64,000 bases of DNA. It comes from Eledone cirrhosa. Taxonomy: Eukaryota. Where the stretch lies: contig OZ024742.1 of the NCBI GenBank assembly GCA_964016885.1, forward strand, positions 149,854,001-149,918,000, written 5' to 3'. Below, piece after piece: positions 27,050-38,599 of the stretch. Position 1 is the first letter of the stretch, and every line of letters begins with the position of its first letter. The position numbers and the translations under genes are program-made. The notes below the pieces were generated by a model that saw only the letters and a program-made list of their open reading frames with translations, had not been told where the DNA came from and did no database searches.

Positions 27050-28240
27050 TGCAGGCAATAATGGAGGAGTTTAAGACTGGATGCCCATGGGAACTCCTGT
27101 AAGCAGATGACCTCGCACTTATACCTGAATCTATGGTAGAACTAAAGAAATTCCGAACATGGGAGCAGGGACTAGAAAGAGGGGCTCTCAAAGTCAACCT
27201 TGTATGTAGACAAGAAAACAGAACCCAGATCCCCTCAGGGAAATGGCCTTGCTCAGTATATAGGAAATCTGTAGGTAGGAACTCCATCTTCTGTCCCAAA
27301 TGCAAACAATGGGTACACAAGAGATATAGTGGGATCTCAGGAAGCTTAACCAAGAATGTAGGCTTCACATGTAGCAGCTGCGCTGGGACAGCAAGCAGCA
27401 AACAGCCACAGGAAACAAGCACCACCAAACTCTGGGAGGGCCCTGTAGAATCAGTAGACAGCTTCTGCTACCTAGGTGACCGAATTAGCAGAGGAGGTGG
27501 GTGTTCGGAAAGTACAATAACTAGGGTAAGAACGGGATGGAAGAAGTTCAGGGAGCTACTGCCACTGCTAGCTGCAAAATGCTTTTCCCTCAAAATGAAA
27601 AACAGACTGTATGATGAATGTATACCAACAGCAATGTTATATGGTAGTGGGACCTGGGCGCTGTCTCTAGAAGACTTACATAGATTAGAAAGAAACAAAG
27701 CCTGCATGCTCCAATGGATATGTAATAGTAATATATGCGAACGGCAAAGCATAAACGAATTGAGAGAGAGACTGAGCATAAGAGGAATCAAATGCTGTGT
27801 GCAGGAGAGGAGGTTGCATTGGTATGGACATGTGATGCGTATGAAGGATGACAGCTGCATAAAAAGGAGCAGAGTACTAGAAGTCGATGGAAGCCGCAGA
27901 GTGGGGAGACCCAAGAAGACCTGGGATGTGGTGATAAAAGCCAACCTTACCCAATTACACCTCTCAAAGGTGATGACACACGACCATGACCTCTGGCGTC
28001 ATGCAGTAATACAGAAGACCCGACCCCCCCACCACGGGTACAAGCCAAAGCTGAAGCATATAGACAATATGTCCCCACCCCCTCCCACTGCAAAGTGGTC
28101 GTGGAGGTGCCACGGCAAAAAGCACCAATCAGTTCCCATATGAGCAAGACATGGTCAGCTGACCGGCTACTGCCCACAACAGGACAACCCGTCTAACCCA
28201 TGCTAGCGTGGAAGAACGGACGTAAAACGGTGATGATGAT
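27050..28240 (+). pseudogene. 5'-truncated RTE-like LINE (RT C-half with PHD-like finger, thumb region, 3'UTR and (GAT)n tail)
   Basis: In-frame GCPWELL*ADDLAL (Y>stop at 27100) precedes ORF 27133-28143, which has FCYLGD, RLHWYGHVMR and GRPKKTW. Ends AACGGACGTAAAACGGTGATGATGAT. Confidence 0.9.
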
Positions 28241-28352
28241 ATATATGTCTATATGTATGTATGTACATATATATATATATATCAGGGCATTCCTGATGAT
28301 TTCATATGAATGAAACATTTCTAATCTTGTAGAAGCAATTTCTATATTTAAT

Positions 28353-28548
28353 CAGTTTCTACTTTTGGCGCAAGGCCAGCAATTAACCAGTGTATTACTG
28401 GTACTTTATTTTATTGACCCCATAAGGATGAAAGGCAAAGTTAACCTCGGTGGGATTTGAACTCAGAATGGCAAGGGCCGTAACTCTATGCGTCAAAGCA
28501 AGGCATCCGACCCTCTACCGATACTGCCAATCCACTGCCAGTTTGATA
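28353..28548 (-). mobile_element. SINE family A with 16-bp TSD
   Basis: TSD AATTTCTATATTTAAT at 28337-28352 and 28549-28564. Confidence 0.9.
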
Positions 28549-28929
28549 AATTTCTATATTTAATAATGATGTTTACACTCTACTAATTTAATGAGTACCG
28601 TTTTTAACTTGTTACCTCCTGATTTTACTTAGAATTTACATTATATATATATATAAACTGGAGAGAGAGAGATAGTGGAGGGTGTGGGTGCAACTGCATG
28701 CATATGCACTAGCTAGTGGTGTGAGCTAGTTAGTTAAATACTAGCATTGGAAGATTCAGCTGCCATATATGCAAATTCTCTGAAAACCACATGGATGTTG
28801 ACTGACACTAGATAGAAAAGTGAGGAAGGTACTACTGCAGTTCTATAGTTAATGCTGATAGAGCAGTGCTGAAGTAGAAAAAGGCTAAGTCATGGACTAT
28901 TGTCTGCTGTTGTCTGTGTAAGGGTTGTA

Positions 28930-29365
28930 AGAGAGAGAGAGAGAGAGCGCAAAGAGAGAGAGAGAGCAAGAGAGAAAGAGAGAAAGAGAGCAAGAGAGCA
29001 AGAGAGAAAGAGAGAAAGAGAGCAAGAGAGAGAGAGAGAGAGAGAAAGAAAGAGAGAAAGAAAGAAAGAGAAGAGAGAAAGAAAGAAAGAGAGAAAGAAA
29101 GAAAGAGAGAAAGAAAGAGAGAAAGAAAGAAAGAGAGAAAGAAAGAGAGAAAGAGAGAAAGAAAGAAAGAGAGAGAAGAGAGAAAGAAAGAGAGAAAGAA
29201 AGAGAGAAAGAAAGAGAGAAAGAAGAGAAAGAAAGAGAGAGAGAAAGAGAGAGAGAGAAAGAGAGATGAAAGAGAGAAGAGAGAGAGAAAGAGAGAGAGA
29301 AAGAGAGAAGAGAGAAAGAAAGAAAGAGAGAAAAAAAGAAAGAGAAGAAAGAAAGAAGATAAAGA

Positions 29366-29442
<77 letters not shown>

Positions 29443-29466
29443 AGAAAGAAAGAAGAAAGAAAGAAA
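28930..29466. repeat. Polypurine (GA)n/(GAAA)n tract
   Basis: Directly visible. Confidence 0.97.
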
Positions 29467-29524
29467 TGATAAGAGCCAATGTAGTGAGAACTAACATTTC
29501 TACTTGATCTGCTATAGATATTTC

Positions 29525-30371
29525 ATATACATATGTTGTATGTATATACATATATATATACATACATATACATATATATACACATATATATATATATATA
29601 TGTATATTATAATATATATATATATGTATATATATATATATGTATATATATATATGTATATATATATGTATGTATAATATATATGTATGTATATATATAT
29701 GTATGTGTATATATATGTATATATATATGTATGTATATATATATGTATGTTATATATATGTATGTATATACATATATATCATATATATACATACATACAT
29801 ATATACATATATATACATATATATATATACATATATATATACATATATATATACATACATATATATATATACATATATACATATATATACATATATATAT
29901 ACATACATATATACATACATATATATACATATATATACATATATACATATATATATATACATATATACATATATATATACATATATACATATATATATAC
30001 ATATATACACATATATATATAATATATACATATATACATACATATATACATATATACATATATACATACATATATACATATATACATATATACATACATA
30101 TATACATTATATACATATATACATACATATATACATACATATATACATATATATAATATATACACATATATACATATATATATACATACACATATATACC
30201 ATATATATTAGTAGCATATATACATATATATATACATATATATACATATATAACATATATATATACATATACATATATATATACATATATACATAATACA
30301 TATACACATATATATATAGGTATACATATATATATATATTACATATATATAATACATACTTATATATATAC

Positions 30372-30402
<31 letters not shown>

Positions 30403-30696
30403 CATATATATATATACATATATATATATACATATATATATATACATATAGTAATATACATATATATATATACATATATATATATACATATATATATATA
30501 CATATATATATATATACACAAATATACATATACATATATATATATATATACACATATATACATATCACATATATATACATATAATATACATATATATATA
30601 GTATATATACATATATATACATATATATATACATATATAATATATATACATATATACATATATACATATACATATATATACATATATATATATTAC

Positions 30697-30741
<45 letters not shown>

Positions 30742-31575
30742 CATTTATATATATACATATACATATATATACATATATATATATACATATACATATACAT
30801 ATATACATATATATATACATATATATATTACATATATATACATATATACACATATATATATCACACATATATACATATATATACATATATACACATATAT
30901 ATATACACACATATAATATAATATATATATATACACATATATATATACATATATACACATATATATACACATATATACACATATATATACACATACATAT
31001 ACATATATATATATATACATATACATATATATACATATACATACATATACATACATATACATATATATGCATATATATACATACATACATATACATACAT
31101 ACATATACATATATATATATATATATGCATATATATACATACATACATATACATACATACATATACATATATATATATATACATACATATACATATATAT
31201 ACATATATATATACATACATATACATATATACATACATATACATATATACATACATATACATATATACATACATATACACATACATATACATATATACAT
31301 ACATATACACATACATATACACATATATATACATACATATACATATATATATACATATATATATACACATATACATATATATATAAATGAAAAGTATAGA
31401 AATTATTGTAGCAAGAAGCCAACAGTATTCCATAATATATAATATATATATATATAATATATATACATACATACATATACATATATACACATACATATAC
31501 ATATATACACATACATATATACACATACATATATACACATACATATACACATACATATACAATACATATACATAT

Positions 31576-31609
<34 letters not shown>

Positions 31610-31633
31610 CTATATACATATATATATATATAC

Positions 31634-31676
<43 letters not shown>

Positions 31677-31705
31677 TATATATATATATATATATGTATA
31701 TAATA
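29525..31705. repeat. ~2.2-kb (TA)n/(TACA)n compound microsatellite
   Basis: Directly visible. It is the source of many spurious Y/I/H/M ORFs. Confidence 0.97.
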
Positions 31706-31934
31706 TAAGATCAAAAGATGGTTAAAGGAGTTCCATGTATTTTATTATGCGCATTTCAAAAACAAACATCATCATGCAATAATAGTCCTACAAACTGTAG
31801 AGTGCAAAAACATCATCATGCAATAACAGTCCTACAAACTGTAGAGTGCTTCTTATCCGATATCTGCATTGCTTTATTGTACTACAATAAAACTCACCTC
31901 CTACATATATACATATATATATACATATATATAC

Positions 31935-31981
<47 letters not shown>

Positions 31982-32637
31982 TTTATATATATATAAGTAT
32001 AAGCAGTGAAGAAGAATGAGGGATGAGAGAGAATTAATTGTGCATGCATAGAATGAAGTAGTCAAAAAGAGAAAAAGTGTGTTGGAGAGAGAATAAGAGT
32101 AAAAGTAACAGGGAGGCTTATAACAAGCAGGATGCGAGATGAAATGTAATGGTTATGTAGGCACAAATATACAGTATGCATGCAGGTGTCATAAGCATTG
32201 ATGCATTGTTTGTCAGCGAGATCGTGAATTCCAGTGTATATGTGCATGTTTATAAAAACATATAAACAAGTAACTGAACGTCATCATCTCATTTGTTGTG
32301 CTCATAATTTTTGGCATTAATATATACTGGTGGGATGTCCTTCCTAACACCCAGCACCACTTTACAGCATGTGTGTGTGTATATATGTGTATATATATAT
32401 ATGTGTGTGTGTGTGTGTATATTTCGGACCGTGGTTTTTTACATATTCCCTTGTTATATTCCAATACCTGATATCACCGGATTCATATGGAACCCGGTCA
32501 TTGAAATGATCATAGTATAATAAACCTTTCAAGGATTTACACCAGTCCAACCTCCTGTTATTTTATTTTATATATATATATATATGTATATGTATATGTA
32601 TGTGTATATATATATGTATATGTGTGTGTGTGTGTGT

Positions 32638-32685
<48 letters not shown>

Positions 32686-32689
<4 letters not shown>

Positions 32690-32938
32690 TGGGAGTGAAG
32701 AACCCCTAGCCCATGTCAGGGTATTCTTCTAGGAGAAGGCATCTCAGGAAACTGGGTTAACTCCGATATAAAACCTGCGGCTCAGTAGTTACCGATGATG
32801 TTGATCTTTTCTTCTTTTCGGGTTATAGCTACTGTCGCTCAGAGAGTGGGATTGGTTCAGTGCACAGTCTTTCCTCACTTTAAAAATATTCGTCACGCAC
32901 AGGCATTGCACGAGTGCATTAATAATTATTAATAGTGT

Positions 32939-32973
<35 letters not shown>

Positions 32974-32978
32974 TATTA

Positions 32979-33011
<33 letters not shown>

Positions 33012-36000
33012 CCCAATTCAATGATGTTCCAGAACAATGTAAACGAGATAATTGCCAATTTGGGTTCTGGAACAAAAGAGATCATTGGCAATAAGGGCAG
33101 GGGCCCCAAGTTATCACAACCTGGGCCCGCCCGTCATCGTGCCATTGTAATAGAGCCAAACAGGGCATTTAGTCTTGGCTGCTGGAACGTACGGACGCTG
33201 CTTGACGGGGATTCTTTGGAGCGTCCTGAACGAAGGACCGCTCTTGTTGCGAAGGAGCTTCGACGTTACGATCTTGACATCGTGGCTTTGTCTGAGACGA
33301 GGTTAGCTGGAGATGGTCATCTTGCGGAATTTTGTGGAGAATATACATTCTTCTGGAAAGGAAGAGATGAAGGAACCAGAAGAGAGGCTGGGGTGGGATT
33401 TGCTGTTAAGACTGTACTGGTGAATAAATTAGAAGAATTCCCAGTGGGGATTAGTGAGCGTCTTATGTCCATGAGAGTTCCGCTGGACAAGGGAAGATAT
33501 GCTACCCTGGTGAGTGTGTATGCTCCAACTATGAATTCTGTCGATGAAGAAAAACTGTCCTTTTACCATGCCTTGAAAGGTGTTTTAAGAAATATCCCTC
33601 AGGCAGACAAAGTCATCGTGCTTGGTGACTTTAATGCTAGAGTGGGTAGGGATTTTAACACATGGAATGTAATCGGAAGGCATGGGGTGGGAAAGTGTAA
33701 CAGCAATGGTATGCTCTTGCTGCAGATGTGTGAGGAGCTAGATCTGTGTGTTACCAACACCATGTTCCAACAAAAGAACAAATTCAAGACCACATGGATG
33801 CATCCTGCATCTAAGGAATGGCATCTTTTGGACTACGTCCTAGTCAGGATGCGTGACAGACAGGATGTGCAGTGTGTTCGTGTTCTTCGTGGAGCTGAGT
33901 GCTGGACGGACCACCGCCTGGTGCGCGCAAAAGTGAATCTAATCACCAAACGTAAAATCCGGGCTCCTGGTGTTACCCTGCCCAAAAGATTGAATGCTGC
34001 TCGTCTTAAGGATAAAAATGTGAAGAGGACATTGGAAGAAGAGATGCAGGCTGCAGATCTTGGTGAGGATTGGCCGACCCTTAAAAAGTCGGTTTATGAT
34101 GTAGGCAGGCGTGTTCTGGGATTGGTGCAGAGAAAACATCAGGACTGGTTTAATGAGAATGATGTACATATAGAAGACTTGTTGGCTGATAAGAGGCGTG
34201 CTCTGTCACGCTACTTGACGGCAAAACCACAGGAGAGGAATACGTTGCATGAGGAGCTCAGGGATGTAAAATCACGTGTTAGGCGGAGTCTTTCTCAGAT
34301 GAAGGATCAGTGGTGGAGTGAGAAGGCTGGTGAGATACAAACTGCGTCTGATTGCAATAACACAAAGCTGTTGTACAGTCTCTTGCGTGAGGTTTATGGA
34401 CCGTCTTCTTCTCTGGTGACACCGATTCGCAGCAGGGATGGCAAAGAACTTCTTCGTGACTCACAGGGAATTCTACGAAGGTGGCGAGAGCACTTTGATG
34501 ATCTTTTGAATCAGCCGTCTGTCGTCAGTGAAGATTTCCTCAATCTCATTCCGGAAAGTCCTGTGAAAGTAGCTCTCGCAGAACCTCCGACACTTGTGGA
34601 GGTTGCAGTGGCTATTTCGAAGCTGAACAGTGGAAGATCTCCAGGTATGGATGGCATACATGCTGAGCTCCTACAATATGGTGGTGAGAGACTCCTGCAA
34701 CATCTTCACTCTCTGTTTGGAGGGATATGGGCTAATGAATCCGTGCCTGAGGACTGGAGAGATGCAGTAATGGTGGTCTTGTACAAGGGAAAGGGTAACA
34801 GGAATGATTGTGGGAACTACAGAGGTATATCATTGCTTTCTGTCGTGGGGAAAGTTTTATGTAGGGTGCTTCTGGACCGTCTGCTGACACACATTGCAGA
34901 TTGTGTCCTTCCTGAAAGTCAATCTGGTTTTCGTGTTGGACGCGGCACTACTGATATGATCTTCTCAGCTAGACAGCTCCAGGAGAAGTGCATTGAACAG
35001 GGCTTGGATCTGTATCAGGTTTTTGTCGATCTGACAAAGGCTTTCGATACTGTCAACAGAGATGCATTATGGAAGATTCTCCAGAAACTTGGTTGCCCTG
35101 ATAAGTTCCTTGCTTTAGTTAGGTCTTTCCATGACGACATGAGGGCTTGGGTTAATGTCGGAGGTAACATGTCGGAGCCTATCTCAGTAAAAAATGGAGT
35201 GAAACAGGGGGATATTCCAGCACCGACCCTGTTTGCCATATACTTTGCAATGGTTTTCTGTGTTGCATTCAGGAATTGCGAGCATGGTGTTTACATCCGA
35301 TATCGAACCTCAGGCAGCATATTTAACATCAGGCGCTTTGCTGCGAAGACAAAGGTATTTACATCGGTCATAAGAGACCTCTTGTATGCAGATGATTGCG
35401 ATCTTGTAGCGCACACAGAGAGTGATATGCAGCACATTTTGAATGTATTTTCTGACGCTTGCACTGCCCTGGGTTTGACTGTCAGTCTCAAGAAAACCGT
35501 CGTCATGTACCAACCTGCACCTGGTAGGCAGTACACTGAACCAAACATCTATGTGTATGGCAAACGACTTGGAGTGGTTGATCAGTTTGTCTACCTGGGA
35601 AGCACTGTCAATCGATACGGCAACCTTGACAGTGAAATCTCACTTAGGATTAGGAAAGCAAGTGATGCTTTCGGAAAGCTAGAAAGGCGACTCTGGGGTC
35701 GGCGAGACATATGCAGGAGGACAAAGGTAAGGGTGTACAGGGCATGTGTACTCTCTTGTCTTCTTTATGCCTGCGAGACCTGGGTCACATATCGACGCCA
35801 CCTTAGGCAATTGGAGCGTTTCCATCAGATGTGTCTCAGACGGATACATGGCGTTCGCTGGAGGGACCACATCAGTGATGTCGAGATTTTGGAAAGCTCT
35901 ATGTGTGACAGTATAGAAGCTCTTGTGCTTAAGCAGCGACTCCGTTGGAGTGGTCACCTTGCCAGGATGAAGGATTCTAGAATACCAAAACAACTCTTCT

Positions 36001-36574
36001 ATGGAGAGTTGGTTAAAGGAAAACGACCGCCACATAAACCAAAAAAGAGGTATAAGGATTCCTTGAAGGCCTCTCTGAAAGACGCTAACATCTCTGCTGA
36101 TACATGGGAAAATATTGCTGCTGATCGTAATAAATGGAGAAAGACTGTATATGAGGGAAAAGTTGCCTTTGAGGCATCTCGAATCGCACACGAGAAAGTA
36201 AAGCGGGACGTGAGGAAGGGTATTGCTGTTGCACTTCCAGACGGCGAGGGTCCTCCTATGTTTCTGACATGCAGCGTCTGTGCGAGACTCTGCCTAAGCA
36301 AAGCTGGACTCGAAAGTCATCTTCGCAGTCATAAAGTAAGACCAGTGGTTGACTACCAGGCTGCTGTTGGAGATGCTACTCATCATGCTTGCCAAACATG
36401 TGGTAGAGAATGTAAATCAGCAGGAGGACTCAAGCGACATGCAAAAGTACACGAACTCCAACCACAGCCGACTATTCCCAGTAAATGTTTTGGTTGCCGA
36501 CTCTGTGCAAGACATTTTAGATCATTGGCTGGGCTAAAAAGCCACATTCGATCGCAGCACTGTTAGTTGCTATC

Positions 36575-36612
<38 letters not shown>

Positions 36613-36691
36613 GCTTATGTGTGTGCGTGTGTGTGTATATATATATGAATATGTATATTATTGTTGTTGTTGTCGTTATTAATATTATTGC

Positions 36692-36737
<46 letters not shown>

Positions 36738-36859
36738 GTTATTAATGTATGTGTGTATATATGTGTGAGTGTATGTGTATGTATGTGTGTGTGTATATAT
36801 GTATGTATGTGTATGTATGTGTGTGTATATATATGTGTATGTATATATATATGTATATA

Positions 36860-36890
<31 letters not shown>

Positions 36891-36917
36891 CTTTTCCCTT
36901 TTTTTTTTTTTTTTTTC

Positions 36918-36959
<42 letters not shown>

Positions 36960-37026
36960 TTTTTTTTTTTTTTTTTTTTTTTTTATTGTGCAATGGCCAT
37001 ACTCGATAACGAGGGGGCAGCCATCA
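32686..37026 (+). mobile_element. Apparently intact RTE-clade non-LTR retrotransposon inserted in (TA)n
   Basis: 5'UTR begins right after a TA tract. It has a single ORF and a microsatellite-rich 3'UTR ending in the stem-loop TGGCCATACTCGATAACGAGGGGGCAGCCA, then (TA)n. Confidence 0.95.
33021..36566 (+). CDS. RTE LINE polyprotein: APE endonuclease, reverse transcriptase and three C2H2 zinc fingers
   Basis: APE motifs WNVRTL, ALSETR, VSVYAPT, GDFNARVG, LDYVL and TDHRLV. RT motifs NYRGISLLS, QSGFR, FVDLTKAFD, GVKQGD, LYADD (35385) and FVYLGS. Fingers at 36270-36563. No stops. The true start codon is uncertain. Confidence 0.97.
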   Translation: MMFQNNVNEIIANLGSGTKEIIGNKGRGPKLSQPGPARHRAIVIEPNRAFSLGCWNVRTLLDGDSLERPERRTALVAKELRRYDLDIVALSETRLAGDGHLAEFCGEYTFFWKGRDEGTRREAGVGFAVKTVLVNKLEEFPVGISERLMSMRVPLDKGRYATLVSVYAPTMNSVDEEKLSFYHALKGVLRNIPQADKVIVLGDFNARVGRDFNTWNVIGRHGVGKCNSNGMLLLQMCEELDLCVTNTMFQQKNKFKTTWMHPASKEWHLLDYVLVRMRDRQDVQCVRVLRGAECWTDHRLVRAKVNLITKRKIRAPGVTLPKRLNAARLKDKNVKRTLEEEMQAADLGEDWPTLKKSVYDVGRRVLGLVQRKHQDWFNENDVHIEDLLADKRRALSRYLTAKPQERNTLHEELRDVKSRVRRSLSQMKDQWWSEKAGEIQTASDCNNTKLLYSLLREVYGPSSSLVTPIRSRDGKELLRDSQGILRRWREHFDDLLNQPSVVSEDFLNLIPESPVKVALAEPPTLVEVAVAISKLNSGRSPGMDGIHAELLQYGGERLLQHLHSLFGGIWANESVPEDWRDAVMVVLYKGKGNRNDCGNYRGISLLSVVGKVLCRVLLDRLLTHIADCVLPESQSGFRVGRGTTDMIFSARQLQEKCIEQGLDLYQVFVDLTKAFDTVNRDALWKILQKLGCPDKFLALVRSFHDDMRAWVNVGGNMSEPISVKNGVKQGDIPAPTLFAIYFAMVFCVAFRNCEHGVYIRYRTSGSIFNIRRFAAKTKVFTSVIRDLLYADDCDLVAHTESDMQHILNVFSDACTALGLTVSLKKTVVMYQPAPGRQYTEPNIYVYGKRLGVVDQFVYLGSTVNRYGNLDSEISLRIRKASDAFGKLERRLWGRRDICRRTKVRVYRACVLSCLLYACETWVTYRRHLRQLERFHQMCLRRIHGVRWRDHISDVEILESSMCDSIEALVLKQRLRWSGHLARMKDSRIPKQLFYGELVKGKRPPHKPKKRYKDSLKASLKDANISADTWENIAADRNKWRKTVYEGKVAFEASRIAHEKVKRDVRKGIAVALPDGEGPPMFLTCSVCARLCLSKAGLESHLRSHKVRPVVDYQAAVGDATHHACQTCGRECKSAGGLKRHAKVHELQPQPTIPSKCFGCRLCARHFRSLAGLKSHIRSQHC

Positions 37027-37131
37027 TATATATATATATAATGGAAAATTTGAACAGGAACAAAACAGAGAGGCAGTACAACGAATGTTTATTAATTTCA
37101 AGCTCTTGAGAGTGGGGTGGTGGTGGGGAAC

Positions 37132-37159
37132 GACGTTTCGGGCATAAGCCCTTCTTCAG
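37132..37159 (-). ncRNA. Minimal hammerhead ribozyme motif of the Penelope terminal repeat
   Basis: CTGAAGA-A-GGGC-TTAT-GCCC-GAAAC-GTC, with AATAAA at 37093-37088. No clear helix I. Confidence 0.75.
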
Positions 37160-38599
37160 GTGAAAAGTGTGTGGGAAGAGAGTTCAAAGCGTGTGTAGGG
37201 GAGTGGTGGAGAGACATATAGCAAAAAGGGGGTGGGAGGAAACGGTGCTAATGAAAATAAAAATAAAAACATGATCAAAATAAAATAAAAATGGGGTAAA
37301 ACAGGTGGTGGAAGGGTGTGGGTGTGGGCGTGTAGGGGTGGTGGCGGGTGGAGTGGGAGAGGGAGACGGGGTGTCCGAGCGGGCAGGGCTGAAGGTGGTG
37401 TGTGTGTGTAGGTGTACGTGTGTGTGTGTGTGTTTGTGTATGTGAAAGCAAGGGTTGGGGAAGAACGGGGTTGCATGTTCAGGAAGAGGTGTGTGTGGTG
37501 TGGGGGTGTAGGTCGGAGTGTGTGTGCGTGTGCGGTTAGAAGGGTGTGGGGAGAGGAATCCGGAGGCTGAATGTGTATATATGTGGCGGAACGCACGTGT
37601 GTGTGGTGTTTAAGCGTGTTGTGGGTGTAGGTGGCGTGTGGGAAAAAATTTTTTTTGGGTTGTGTGTGCGGGTGAGTCATGAAGGTGATTCGGTAAGATG
37701 ATGTGGTGGAAAGGTTGGTAAAATCCTAGGATGGTAGTTGATTCCGCGGTCAAGGTCCACATACGAGGACGTGAAGAGATGGTCGGAAGAGGGGAGATGT
37801 GGGGTGCGCGCGCAACAGGAAGTGGTCAAGGCAGTGGGAGTGCTATGTGTCTGTGTGTGCTGGGAGGTGGTCAGAGGGCATAGCAGCAGTAGGGTGGAAT
37901 GGTAAAGGGGCGAGGATGGGTAGGTGTGAAAGTAGGAGTGAAGAGGGTGTGTGTGTGTATATTAGTAGAGGTGTTAGTGGGATGAGTGAGTGTTGGAGAA
38001 AGGGTGTGGGTGGAGCGGGGAGAGAAGGGTGTGGGTGGAGCGGGGAGAGAAGGGTGTGGGGGTCGATGGAGGGAGTGTGGTGTACTGGTGTGTGTGTAGT
38101 TTTATGAAGGGGGTGTTAGTGGGTGTTAGTATACAGGAGGTGGAGAAAGGGTTGAATGCGAGTGTGAGTGGGGGTCAGTGGTGGTAGGGTGTGTAGAGTT
38201 GGTGGTGTAAGAGGGTGTGTGTGTACGTGGGGTTGGGGGGTGTTAGTGATGTTAGTTGCGTGTAGGGTGGGTGGTGTGAGTGGGTGCGTGTGTTCGTGTG
38301 CTTGGGGTCAGGGGGTGTTAGTGATGTTAGTTGCGGGGTGGTGGGGTGGATGTGTGGGGGTGAGGGTTAGTGGTGGTAGTAGGGTGTGTGTTTAGTGTGA
38401 GCGCGTGTATATATGTGCCGGTGGGTGTGTGTGTATGATAAGGAGGGGGGGGGGGGAGAAGAAGGGAGGTCGGATGAGGGGTGGAGTGGAGGCGTTAGTA
38501 TTGTTAGCTGTGGGGTGGGCGGTGAAAAGGAGGGGTGTGTTAGTGGTGTTAGTGGGGGATATGTGTGGGGGAGGGGGGCGGTCGAAGGCTAAAGGAATA

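Noticed and set aside
28292-28320. Hammerhead-like CTGATGA-TTTCATATGAAT-GAAAC
   Set aside because: Helix II closes with a T-T mismatch, helices I and III are unconvincing, and it is single-copy. Compatible with chance.
28832-31725. Long E/R/K and Y/I/M/H ORFs
   Set aside because: These are microsatellite translations with no domain signal.
37755-37780. HDV L3-like TCCTCGT on the minus strand in the Penelope 3' region
   Set aside because: No compatible P1, P2 or P3 pairing found.
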